Below are positions 1 to 10,790 of a DNA stretch of 64,000 bases, in pieces. The DNA is from Tubiluchus corallicola (taxonomy: Eukaryota > Animalia > Priapulida): contig JAQGDQ010000001.1 of assembly GCA_030141605.1 (NCBI GenBank), positions 1,364,001 to 1,428,000 of the forward strand. Direction: 5' to 3'. The notes under the pieces were generated by a model. That model saw nothing but the letters and a program-made list of their open reading frames with translations, was not told the origin of the DNA and did not search any database. The first letter of the stretch is position 1. Each line of letters begins with the position of its first letter. A program made the translations under genes and the position numbers.

Positions 1-610
1 AATCAATTGCGAGATCCCAGGGAAGAGACGAGTAATCTTGTGTTAGGCGTAAAATAGACTTCTTTAGCGTGTCATTATATTTTTCGACGAGTCCATTCGT
101 TGAAGGTGAGTATGGACTAGTGAAAATGCCCTTGACACCGAGCTGATCCTCCAGCTCTTTCGTCAAGTTTGAAGTGAACTGGGTGCCACAGTCCGTTAAT
201 ATTTGGCGAGGGATGCCGTATCTACAACAAAATTTCAGCAGTGCATTTAACACGGTGACAGTCTGTATATCTACTAGCGGATATGCGTCCGGATAACGTG
301 TTGCATGGTCCACTATTACTAAAGCCCAACGATTACCAGAAGGTGTACGATCAAGCGGCCCAATTAAGTCCATCCCTATGGTACGAAATGCTGTGTCTAC
401 AATAGGTAACGGTTTCAAAGGGGCTCTGTCGGCTCGGCGTGAACGCGCTGTTTTCTGGCACGTCAGACAGGAACGACAATATTCCCTTACGGAACGTTTA
501 AGACGAGGCCATATATATTCTTGAAGAATTCTGTGAGTTGTCTTGTTTATGCCCAAGTGTCCGGCTAATTTACTTCCATGCGCAAGTTGTAAAACTTCCT
601 TGCGGCGAAA
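1..610 (-). pseudogene. Retroviral-type integrase (H2C2 plus DDE core), in frame with gag-PR after a TAA; truncated by the window edge
   Basis: Hand translation past the TAA at 613-611 gives FRRKEVLQLAHGSKLAGHLGINKT...WPRLKRSVREYCRSCLTCQ...IGMDLIGPL...VDHATRYP...ILTDCGTQFTS...TSPYSPSTNGLVEKYN. The frame stays open to position 1. Confidence 0.9.
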
Positions 611-2791
611 TTAGGGTAGTACAAGCAGCTCCTTAGGTGCTTGGTGCTGTTTTCCTTTAGATAAATAGAATAACGCACCTCCGCGCAAAAAGTAACCTTT
701 GCCTAATTTATATGCCTCTTCTTCTGTGCACGCGTTATCAATAATATTACGTATAGTGACATCCTCTTTTTGCTCTTCGCTGATCTGTTCAATTGTGACG
801 TCAAGAAGCTGTTTCTGATCTTCAGCAGGCGAGTCCTTAACCGCTAGGCCATCGTTGGATGCTAACGAATCAAATACTTGCTGTTGTAACAGCGTGTCCT
901 GCTTGACTTGAGCTTCTAGCTTGTCAGCCTGCGAGCGAGTTATTGCATAAATTGACTTCACATCTGTCGCTGATTGAGGCTTTTGTTTTGGTTGTGATTT
1001 ACTTGCAGCATTCTTCTTTGGTTTAACGCTGTATTTACCCGCTTCTTTATTAAATTTTGAAGCCTTTTCAGCATTCTCAGGGAATGGCTTTAATGCTGAC
1101 TCGTAATTATTTCCAAGTAAAAAGTCAACAGGTAAATTATTGCTTACGCTTACAGTCAGGATACCAAAGAAGCCAGGCCCAATAATTTCAACCTCCGCTA
1201 ATTTACTTTGCCTCATATCACCGCACGCGCATACGAACTTGTGTCGGAGTTCATTTAAATACTGATTAGCGCGAACGAATTTAGCATGTAACATGCTTAC
1301 ACCAGCTCCAGTGTCTCTTTGACCTTTTACCACGTAACCGTTAATTTTTGCTGTAAAACCAACGGGTTGTTTTCGGCCAGGTACATGATGCCAATCATCA
1401 TCATTATTTGGCATCTTTATTTCCGGTGTGTTAAACAATTGTTTGCCAGGTCTACCGAATAAAGCAGCATTAGCAGGTCGCATGACGTGTTCACTTCCCA
1501 AACGCGATCGACATTCGCTGCGCCTATGACCAGGCTTTCCACATGCGTAACAATGCATTTTGGTTGCAAGATTCTGGCTCATATTTGTATTGCTCGCGCC
1601 TCCACCTTGCGACGTGGCAACATTTGGTTTACCAGTCTTTTTAAATGAATAAACATTTTTCCCAGGAAGGGAAGTGATTTGTCTCGCTGCGACAAATTGA
1701 TCTGCCCGTTGGGCCATCTTCTCAATTGTCCTGATGCTATCCGTCCTTAACCAAGTGGCCAAATCGTGTGGCATCAAACTAAGCGCTTGTTCAATTACTA
1801 CTGCTTCATTAACAGTCTCAAAAGTCTCAGCTTGTATGGCTTCAAGATAGTCGCGCCAACTATTATCCAAGCGTCTGAAAAGCTGACGATAACTTTCATT
1901 CTTAAGCTTTATTGTACCGCGGAATCTCTCCAGGTAAACGTCAGTGCTTAGAATATACGCGCCAAGCAAAGCTTTGCGAACGTATGTGTAGTTCCGCATC
2001 TCAGACTCGGGAATCTGCTGAAAAGCGTCTGCTGCTCTACCGGACAAAGATGGGCCAATACACGCCGCGAAGTCTGCTCTATCAATACTGTTTGCAGCAG
2101 CACAAGCTTGAAACCAATCGAGAAACTTTTGTATATCGTCCTTGGTTTCATCAAAGGGACGTATTTTCATGAGCTTTAATTTGTCAACAGTAGAGTCCGC
2201 TTGACGACTATTGAAGGGACTGACCTGTGACATCATTGGCGACTGACTGACCGGACTGGCAGCGGTCAATTCAAGTTTACGTAACTCCATCTCGGCCATA
2301 ATGCGCTCATGCTCTAATTGTAACTTTTTTGCTTCAGTTTCTGCTTCTAACTGTCGAATTTGCAGAAATGTTTGAGCAGCAGCTTCGTTAACTGTAGAAA
2401 GAGACTCTAAAGTGACTCTAAAGTCTGTCATTCTCTCTGTAGTTCTTCTACGACGAGGAGTCGGCGTTGGCGACTGCTCTGTAACTATCACATGTTTTGG
2501 TTTCACACTGACATCAGGGGTTTTTGCTGCTTCTGTCGGGTCAGAGGCTTCCGCGCATAGTAAAGGCTGGTTCATACCGGCGTCGAAAGTGTCAAGTTCT
2601 GCACCCTCATCACATTTTCCATCTTCAGGGCAACCCGCGGCCTTGAGAATTGTAGTAATTAAAACAGCCCGTCTCGAAGTAGGGTCGACTAAGAGATGTA
2701 GTTCTGCTACAATATTCTGCAACTGCTCTTCATTAAGAGTCATTAACTCTGAAAGCTTGTATCTAACATCAGACATTTTTATACTTTGCAA
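611..2791 (-). CDS. Retrotransposon Gag-protease polyprotein: N-terminal helical domain, coiled coil, SCAN-like capsid C-terminal domain, CCHC zinc knuckle, aspartic protease
   Basis: 726-aa ORF. Contains YLERFR..ESYRQL..RL...W...EQ.L..MP..L..W (SCAN-like capsid), CYACGKPGHRRSEC (zinc knuckle), RDTGAGVS and DFLLGN (retropepsin), and AITRSQ (linker typical before integrase). It ends ELLVLP*, at the start of the integrase zinc-binding region. Confidence 0.9.
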   Translation of the reverse strand: MQSIKMSDVRYKLSELMTLNEEQLQNIVAELHLLVDPTSRRAVLITTILKAAGCPEDGKCDEGAELDTFDAGMNQPLLCAEASDPTEAAKTPDVSVKPKHVIVTEQSPTPTPRRRRTTERMTDFRVTLESLSTVNEAAAQTFLQIRQLEAETEAKKLQLEHERIMAEMELRKLELTAASPVSQSPMMSQVSPFNSRQADSTVDKLKLMKIRPFDETKDDIQKFLDWFQACAAANSIDRADFAACIGPSLSGRAADAFQQIPESEMRNYTYVRKALLGAYILSTDVYLERFRGTIKLKNESYRQLFRRLDNSWRDYLEAIQAETFETVNEAVVIEQALSLMPHDLATWLRTDSIRTIEKMAQRADQFVAARQITSLPGKNVYSFKKTGKPNVATSQGGGASNTNMSQNLATKMHCYACGKPGHRRSECRSRLGSEHVMRPANAALFGRPGKQLFNTPEIKMPNNDDDWHHVPGRKQPVGFTAKINGYVVKGQRDTGAGVSMLHAKFVRANQYLNELRHKFVCACGDMRQSKLAEVEIIGPGFFGILTVSVSNNLPVDFLLGNNYESALKPFPENAEKASKFNKEAGKYSVKPKKNAASKSQPKQKPQSATDVKSIYAITRSQADKLEAQVKQDTLLQQQVFDSLASNDGLAVKDSPAEDQKQLLDVTIEQISEEQKEDVTIRNIIDNACTEEEAYKLGKGYFLRGGALFYLSKGKQHQAPKELLVLP

Positions 2792-3392
2792 GATGACTAC
2801 AGACTGCCAAGTAGGTACACAAAGTAAGGAGTAAATCTCTGTTTAATCACTCTCACTCACTCTCACTTTACGCATCAGCGTTAGCTACTATCAACCGACT
2901 TTATAGCAGGGCTAAAATAATTTATGCGAAATGTTAAAAGCAAGTTTGAAAAAATAATCTTATTAAACCGTTTTCGCTGCTGTTGTAACTGCTGCGAAAC
3001 CACGTTCAAGTTTTGGCGACCTTGAACCAGCTATCTGCCCGCCGCGGACAAAACATTTTTCTCACAACTTGATTTTATAAACAAGCAGCAAAGCTAACGT
3101 ATGAGCAAGGTAAAATTGACCTAGAAATGGCTATATCTAGCGTAGAGAAACAGATTAGATTATACAGCCTGTACTGAATAAATTCTTGGGAAAATTCCAG
3201 TGAATTAAAGTGATATCTTTCACAGTTACCAAAAGCTTACTAGTCGCTTAATCAGTTTAAGCAAATTACTAATATTTATGCAACAGGTTGAAAATTATAA
3301 CATTTTCGCAACCAACGTAGCAGTTCCACTGCATTTAAGTGCTAATAGGAAGGCAATATCAATTATATACTATTAATATTAAACTCGGTAAA

Positions 3393-3405
3393 ACTTCTGA
3401 CACCA
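3393..3405 (-). promoter_or_regulatory. Primer-binding site complementary to the tRNA-Leu 3' end
   Basis: Minus strand reads ...TGTTACA T TGGTGTCAGAAGT. Eukaryotic tRNA-Leu(CAA/CAG) ends ...ACTTCTGACACCA. The site lies 1 nt from the LTR-terminal CA. Confidence 0.85.
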
Positions 3406-3406
3406 A

Positions 3407-4117
3407 TGTAACATTTGAACCTAATATGCCCATATTAGGCATTAAGTAATTATCGTTACCTGAGTAAAACAATTAAATCCACATCGTTACTGCAACGAAT
3501 CAGTCTAATTTGGCTGACAAATAACATAGTAACATATGAACATTGTAACACTTCTTGCGCTCACGTGACATCCTGCATACAAGGCGAGGTCTCCTCCAGT
3601 ACTTGGGTAGGACCGGTCCTTCCTCACGCACGTTGTGGTAATGCAGCAGAACGCGGTCTACGCAGCTTTCGCTCCAACTCGCCGGACACGTAGTAGAGTC
3701 TCTGGAGATCGGATAATGAGAAGATCATCTCCTCCGAGTTCCCACACAGAACGGAAGCGATTTAGATCATCGAACGTGAAGTCAAAGGTGACAATATCTT
3801 TATCCAACGAGAAGGTGATTAGGCTATGTAACGAATGCCTAATTTAACAAATGTCTCTCAGCAGTTGCGTAACTGACGAGGTTTCACCAACAGAACAGGA
3901 ACAGCGTTCACCAATGAATAGGAAGAACATAGTAATGAACAAACCATCCATTTCTTGTTCAATCATCGTAAAAGAAACCATGATATAGTTATATCTGAGC
4001 ATTTTTCAACACGGCCATTCTACTCTCTCTCCGCCACGTAGGCCAATACCGTTAAGATTAATACTTAAAGTGAAAAATAATTAGTTGCAGTAATCTGCTG
4101 GATGGGGGACCATCACA
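3407..4117 (-). repeat. Putative 5' LTR (~711 bp)
   Basis: The 3' end TGTTACA abuts the PBS. The 5' end is inferred at TGTGATGG (4117). The second LTR is outside the window, so the outer boundary is unconfirmed. Confidence 0.6.
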
Positions 4118-4299
4118 GTGTAAATTCATAATAGGTATGGCCTATCAAATCTTCGATGTAACCTCAGATAACTTGATTTTTTTCATATTCTCGTTATAAA
4201 GTCTAACACGTATCGCATTTCAGCAGTTACTATTAATGACTGTGCTGTATCATCATGTGTGTTGTGATCATCATTGTCGTTACTAGCATCATAAACAAT

Positions 4300-4420
4300 T
4301 ATGCTACAATTACGACAAAAACGACAATAACAACAAATCCAACGGACGAGCAAGAAACAAATAACAACAATGACAACAACGGTAACAGTAGCAAGAGTAG
4401 CAACAGAAACAACAACAATA
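4300..4420. repeat. Degenerate (AAC)n low-complexity tract
   Basis: Runs of acaacaa/aacaataac; explains the spurious T/N-rich ORF 4255-4458. Confidence 0.7.
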
Positions 4421-4888
4421 GCACAGGCGCATTAAAGCTACAAATCAGTTTTTATTAACTGGCTTGTATTTACTGACAAAAGCCATTTTTGTGCATAATC
4501 GAGATTGAAATAAAATATTAGTCAAATCAATAAGGCACAAAAATTCATCACAGCATCTGTTTTACTAACTTTTGCATTTTTAATGATTGTAACGAGCTGA
4601 TACAAATGTACCCCGATTACATAATTCATGAATCAAACCATAAAGCAAAAACTGTACAGCATAGAATAATCAATTAATTGAAAACAATGGCTATATGCTG
4701 AGTCGCTGAAACGGAACGTGGAACTTCACCGCGGTCACTTGGCTTGGTGCAAGTATTTTCTAAATTTATTCAATACTTCCTCTTCTAAATGACCAGTTCA
4801 AGATCCTCATAAAATATTAGTCGAATGGTTTTCAGGCCTGTGTGTTTTGAGAGCTCTTCTACTAGCTATGACAATAGCTCACTATTTC

Positions 4889-5370
4889 TCAGGGCCGGAT
4901 TTTGAATTTAGTAGGTACCTGAGCTACAGATACAGTGAGCCCGCAGTGACAATTAACACAAGCATGAACGATCAGTTTATTCAACTCTATAACATAATGC
5001 CAACATGAGGCCCTCATAGATGGGTGCAAGTCTGACACAACAAAAGGAGAAGAGATAATCTATTCTGATATTTACGAAAATTGAAATTAGTTTTTGAAAT
5101 ATTAAATATAATTCGTGTAAATTACAATAAATAAATTACTGGTATTATACTCTATATCATAAAATACACTGCTACCAGTACAAATTAACTTTTTTACCAA
5201 TACGCTCTTTGAAGCCATTGGTGAAGCTAATTAAATATAATTTCACTCTTTATCTAAATTCTGTAGTAACGTTTCGCACTATATTAATTTCACTTAATCT
5301 TTGCAAGCCTCTTAGCTGGCGGACGCCCATGGGTTGCAGCCCATAAAGCCCATGTTTTAACCCAGGCTTT
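4889..5370. mobile_element. Possible decayed hAT-type MITE
   Basis: Starts CAGGGCCGGATT; ends with gcccatggg..gcagccc..ttttaacccaggctt, a degenerate complement of the start. Confidence 0.3.
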
Positions 5371-6224
5371 AATTACTGCTATCTCTTGTGCTTAACGACA
5401 GAAAAGCAAGGCCATACTTCATTATTAAACGGATGAGTGACCACCAGAAAAACTAATTTAGAGTCGTTTTATCTGCCTTACTCAGTATTTTTACTTTGTC
5501 GTGGAAAGATGCATACACATCCAAACACGACCAATACACACACCTCAAGCAGTTCAACATCTTTAGGGAATTATTTTCTAATTCCATTACCAAATCCATT
5601 ATTCTTGGTATTGAGTTCCATTACCATTTAACTCACATTTTCTAAAGGGAGAGAAAAAACGGTGAGAGTTATACCAACTGCGCCTTTAAGCAAAAATTCT
5701 GGCTGTCAAAATAAACGACAAAGAAAACAGGAGCCAAATGAACTCTCAAAACGGGATTTAAACAATCAGTAGTTACTATTGTATTATATATTTTCCACCT
5801 TTTGCAAATCAAGCTTTTTATTCTACTACAACTGTTGATTATTGCAGCCGGATTTCTGATGTTTAGTTCCGCAAATTGCTGTATAAATCGCATTGCAATA
5901 TATGCAGTAGGGAGATAAATCCACAGAAATGTCGCGTGGACAGTCTTAATTAGCGTGCTGTGCATGCCACACAGCATGTTTAAATCATGCTCATCACCAA
6001 ACCTATTTAATTCAACACACTCTACTAACTCGTGCAGACATCGGCAAAAATACAGTGACTAGTCACAAGAGCGATTAATTTTGCTATCAGTAAACTGTTA
6101 AAAATATAATAGTTTCTTCTTCAAAATCTCATTTCACCTATTGTAGGCATTGAGGTATCAACACTTATCACAGCATTCCACGCACTTCTTTCTGCAGCTA
6201 ACAGCACAAGTTCTTTTACTCCTA

Positions 6225-6620
6225 AAGATAGATTTTGTTGAAGTTGTTGAACATCTTTATTTATCTTAGCTATCCAAGTTGTTTTAGGTTTTACCAGGTG
6301 GTTTTTTGCACGATTTTAAGGCTTCCTTTAAGGCGATTCTTACTAGTGCTTCCTTTGGTAATCTTAGAAAATATCCTAGCCATCTTAATCTTCGGATTTT
6401 GACTTTTGAACTCCAATAAATTTCTTTTGTTCTGGTGTATAAATCGTCATTTTTGATTATGTATGGCCATCTTATCTTTAACACCCTCCTAAATAAGAAG
6501 ACTTCTATGATATGTGGCAATCTGCTTTTCTTCAGTAATCGTTAAACCCCAAGTTTCGCTGTTGTACATAAACATAAATATGCTGGCAACGTAAGCATTA
6601 AATAATCGAAGTCTTCTTGC
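6225..6620 (-). mobile_element. Decayed RTE-like LINE ORF2 C-terminal fragment
   Basis: Minus-strand RRLRLFNAYVASIF..YNSETWGL, then with a frameshift FLFRRVLKIRWP..IKNDDLY...KIRRLRWLGYFLRLP...RIALKEAL, the typical post-RT region of RTE LINEs. Confidence 0.75.
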
Positions 6621-7667
6621 ACTATATAATATAATATTATATATATATAGCAGGCCATGGCGTAGAGTTCCCGCCCCTCAGAAGTCCTATACGCCTAGAT
6701 TTAATAAGTCATTCAGGACTTTACAAAAAAAACTCACTGTCCGTACTGTCTGTACTGTCAGTACACTGTCCGCACTGTCCTACACGTTAAGCAATAAGAA
6801 TTGTCATGACTAATGACTACTTCATTTAAAATTCTGTTTTAACATTTTTCTGTGCTGCTCCTGAAGGTATTTACTCAACGAGCCGGCCTGTTGAATTTAG
6901 AATGCCCAAAACAATAAAATTCTTAGGTAAGGCTTCAAAAGTCTTCAAAGTGCAGGAAATGCATTTCAAGCTGAGACTTCGTTCGGACCGATGGGCGGCA
7001 CAGCACTCTACAAGCAAACCTAATGACTAGATCCGCATGTGTACAAATTTGCTAGTGCGCAGTGAATACAGCTTTAATATACGTAATTTACAATCTTAAA
7101 TTACTACAGAAATACACCATGTAATAATTGTATGTGTTCCTGTTGTTTACATGTTGGCTAAATAAAATTTTGAAATCTTAAAAAAATTGAAATCGTTGAC
7201 ATAATGAGTCGTACGTGTGAACAATGGTGGAAAACACAGTTTCGATTAAAACCTAAAAATCACATAAAGGTTGCAGTTTTGAAACTCTTATAGCTTCTAT
7301 TTCTTTTGGTATGGCCTGGCCGCCTGAGGATACTGTATGATATCACACTAGCATTATTACATTAGCATATAGCAATGACTCCCTTTTTGACTCGATGTCA
7401 AAAATATCACTTTGGCGTCGGCCTGATTCCCCTCGGTGGAGTATATACTGATAGCTTTACTGGGTAATGTATCGACTGGGTCATGTATGTACATATATAT
7501 CTTTACCATCTGGGCAAAATGTTTTCAGACTTTTGTACTTGATAATTCAGCACACATACCGGGAGAGGGTCCTCACCTAATTCATTCAGCAGATTGAGAG
7601 CGATTGTAAACAGAAAGTTCATGCGTACTGAAAATTATTTTGCGTGATCGAGCATTAAAATTACTGT

Positions 7668-8819
7668 TTATATGTCAGTAGAATCGCCACTTGAGTGGTT
7701 AAACTGTTTTGAAATATTTTTCCAGCTTGCGTCCAGGCTGACACTGTACGCACTCACCCCGTTCTCAACCGTCACTTCCGGAAATGGTCGTCTTTTCTCA
7801 AACATATCACAGCAAAGGCAGTATGGACGCAAAATGTTCTTAAATGCTTTTCTCAGTTCCTTGTTTTTCCAAGCATAAATGGCCGGGTTGATGAATGAGC
7901 TCAGATACAATAAATGATAAATAACATACCTGACTACCCCCGTATCATCATATTGATTCGTGTTTATGAGAATGATGTATATGTAAAAAGGAAGCCAACA
8001 GGCTACAAATGCGGATATGACGATGATGAACACTTTCGCAAGTTTGAGCTGGCGTAAAAACTCGCTGTTTACTACCACTTCTGGTGTTATTCGTTTTGAG
8101 TGTTGCCAAGCTATAATCATCAGCCGACTGTAAACTACTGACATGACTAAAACGTTGACAAAGAAATGCATGCTGATAAAGTAAATCGCACCTTTTCCGA
8201 CAATGAGTTCATAACCACAGTTATTGTGAGGATGCTCGTCGTAACGATCATTTATAAATACTGCAAAGCTGATAGCGAACGGATACATCCAGCTCAGAAC
8301 TATCATAATTTTTATGCGAAAGGTAGTGACAATCTGCTTATAATGGAGCGGTTTAGTAATTGCTACATACCTATCACAAGTGATAAGAAGCAGCGTCACG
8401 TAGGAGACCATAATCACAATGTTAACATAGAACTTGAAAAGAAGACAAAACGCACGGTTCAAGGTCGTTAAAACTTGCGGCGGGAACAATACTATCATGT
8501 AGGCGCCCATGCCCCAATCGGATGCTGCCAAATTTGCTATGAGCCAATGTGACAGCTGCTCGCGAAGTTTCTCAGTTTTGACTACTGCAGCGATGACCAA
8601 ACTATTCGAGAAAACAATAAGAAGTCCTAAAATCACATTTACAACTGTCCATACTATTGCTACAGTTCTGTCTACTCCCTCACCACTTGAGGCGAAGATG
8701 TCTTCAGTGCTGTTTGTTTGATTCTTTTCAGCACTGACATTGGAGGAAAACCCCTTCTCTTTGCCAAACATCATGCAATCTTTTGAACAGTTCCTGGCAA
8801 CTGTGAACCCGGAAAGCAT
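7668..8819 (-). CDS. Intronless class-A (rhodopsin-like) GPCR, orphan / adenosine-receptor-like group
   Basis: Seven hydrophobic helices with SN (TM1), LAASD (TM2), C3.25, CDRY (TM3), W (TM4), CWLPF (TM6), NPAIY (TM7), helix 8 ELRKAF and a CLCC palmitoylation-like cluster. The ORF track starts at TTG 8873; the first ATG is 8819, with alternative ATGs near 8774. Confidence 0.93.
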   Translation of the reverse strand: MLSGFTVARNCSKDCMMFGKEKGFSSNVSAEKNQTNSTEDIFASSGEGVDRTVAIVWTVVNVILGLLIVFSNSLVIAAVVKTEKLREQLSHWLIANLAASDWGMGAYMIVLFPPQVLTTLNRAFCLLFKFYVNIVIMVSYVTLLLITCDRYVAITKPLHYKQIVTTFRIKIMIVLSWMYPFAISFAVFINDRYDEHPHNNCGYELIVGKGAIYFISMHFFVNVLVMSVVYSRLMIIAWQHSKRITPEVVVNSEFLRQLKLAKVFIIVISAFVACWLPFYIYIILINTNQYDDTGVVRYVIYHLLYLSSFINPAIYAWKNKELRKAFKNILRPYCLCCDMFEKRRPFPEVTVENGVSAYSVSLDASWKNISKQFNHSSGDSTDI

Positions 8820-10374
8820 TTGATTAGATTGAAGTTCATCGTTTGGCCAGTTACTAGTTTCATGAAGCAGCAATTAACTGTCGCACAAGACGCTTACCAT
8901 AACTTGTAGAATACTGGATCACTAGTACACTTTCGGTTTCGTCAAGAAACATAACGTCATCATACATTTAGTCTGCGTGTTAAACAAACGGAAAGCAAGA
9001 AGTTTCCAACGCCATAAGACGACTGATATCAAGTGTGTCGTCGCATGTCTCAATCCACTTATCGTAAATTGAAAAAGAGACACTGAGCACGGCTGATGAT
9101 GAGACTGCGCTGACGTTCGTCCGTTCAAGTGTCACAAACTGATTAGTGCGCAAGAATAATCCCCCCCAGAGAATTAATAACAAGGAAGCAATGACAGGGC
9201 TGCCAATATCCATCGTCACAATACTTGTCAGATAAAGATTTATTACGCATGTACCCACATATGACAGATTGGTACTTGCTCATTAGGAAGCGCAGTTGTT
9301 TAGTTATGAAAACAGTGTATGCACCCTGAATAGGCGTGCACTTTAATTCACATCATTTCACGTAATCAGTACATGCTTTGGTATTCGATTGTAAAAATTG
9401 GTGCTGCAGGCTGTGAAATAGATTAAAATTTGAACAACTGTATAGGATTTGAAAACATAAATTTAATTTAAATTTGTACAAAAAAGAACATAAACTTTAT
9501 AACATTTCGCTATAAACATAAGTCGTGGAATAGCTTAAGTACTACTTCGTGCGCAAACTGTTTTTATATCGCTTGCAGCACAAGGAACTATTATATAGTT
9601 AATTATTTATAATCTTAATGATGGAATGATCCTCTAATCATTATTCTTTCATCATTAATATTTAGGAAAATGATAATAATCCTGCAACAGACATTGTAAT
9701 TATAAACGGAGTTAATCATATTAATCTATGTTGGTTGGCATTTGGCAAATTGTTAGAAGTGAAATAAAATTTGCCATGACCACAAAAATGCGACGATTTC
9801 ATAACCATAGATTTGGATGTTATTCAAGGATTTCAAGTAAAATCCAATTAGGTTCAGGCCCGGTGTTTCCTATTTCTTTCCTTTCGGCCAAGTTTGGTAA
9901 AGAATTTGATAGCCGTGGATAAAGTCGTTACGTATATGGATAAAGCATAATTGCTTCTACCCTGGGAAGTAGGCAACAATATTATAGACTTACTGACTCA
10001 CTCTGTGTGTGTGAGTCCGCTGCCAGCTCGACCGTGGACTAATCCATGGAAGTTGATATACTGGTATTTGCTTACTTATACTCTTATACAGATGCGGTGT
10101 ATAAACTATAGACCGTGCTGAGTTCTCTTAACTGATTCAGTTGCCGGATTGAACCATAAATGCACCATCAGACAAGTACAGCTACAGCGTCACAAACATC
10201 AACAACATGTCTTCACAAATGGGCTAAACTAGGTTGCGATAACCTACAAATAAGTGTCGTTTTTAAAAGGAGACAATTCGTTGCCAATTCACAATTTCGA
10301 AAAGACCTTTCATACAAATTACGTAACAAATTTTACATCGTTATGTAACAATCACCATGTAATTGTGCTTTGCG

Positions 10375-10790
10375 GCTGGGTCTGGTTACAATCAGGATAT
10401 GTTCAAATTATTGGGCTGCATCCGTTTCTTTCTGTTCTACATGTCTAGCTCCAGGTCGGTTTGGTCCTGATCTGTCTGTCAACGATCTGAATTAACCAGG
10501 TTTGATCTGATAAGCAAAAAACTGGAAAATAGTTCAAAACGATACCTTTCAATCCAACGAGACCAGACCAGTAGATCAGACTTCAGACAGACCAGAACCG
10601 AGGTAGACAAACCACAGACCACACCACTGATAGATTAGACCTCAGACATTGCAGACTCCTAACAGATCAGTCACAGACCAGATAAGATCGAGCGTGAGTC
10701 AAAACCATATATAGAACAGAAAGCAACTAACCCAATCTAATAATTAGACCACATCGAGACAATGAGATGACCGAACTAGAAGACCACCCT
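10375..10790. repeat. Degenerate (AGACC/GGTCT)-type pentamer region in inverted arrangement
   Basis: ggtct/tctg-rich to about 10510, then gaccagacc/cagatcag-rich from 10560 to 10790. Confidence 0.45.

Larger units (their letters stand above)
1..4117 (-). mobile_element. Gypsy (Metaviridae) LTR retrotransposon, Gmr1-like (gag-PR-IN order); runs off the left edge of the window
   Basis: Putative 5' LTR 4117-3407, PBS 3405-3393, gag-protease ORF 2791-611 and an in-frame integrase 610-1. RT/RNase H are not seen between protease and integrase and would lie downstream, outside the window. Confidence 0.9.

Noticed and set aside
2412-2834. 140-aa plus-strand ORF and other short antisense ORFs over gag, the GPCR and TRIM45 exon 1
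   Set aside because: Shadow ORFs of real coding sequence; no recognisable motifs.
7668-8819. Opsin or biogenic-amine receptor assignment
   Set aside because: No Lys7.43 and no Asp3.32.
10550-10790. CRISPR-like appearance of interspersed short repeats
   Set aside because: Units are degenerate pentamers without constant repeat or spacer lengths; eukaryotic context and no cas genes.
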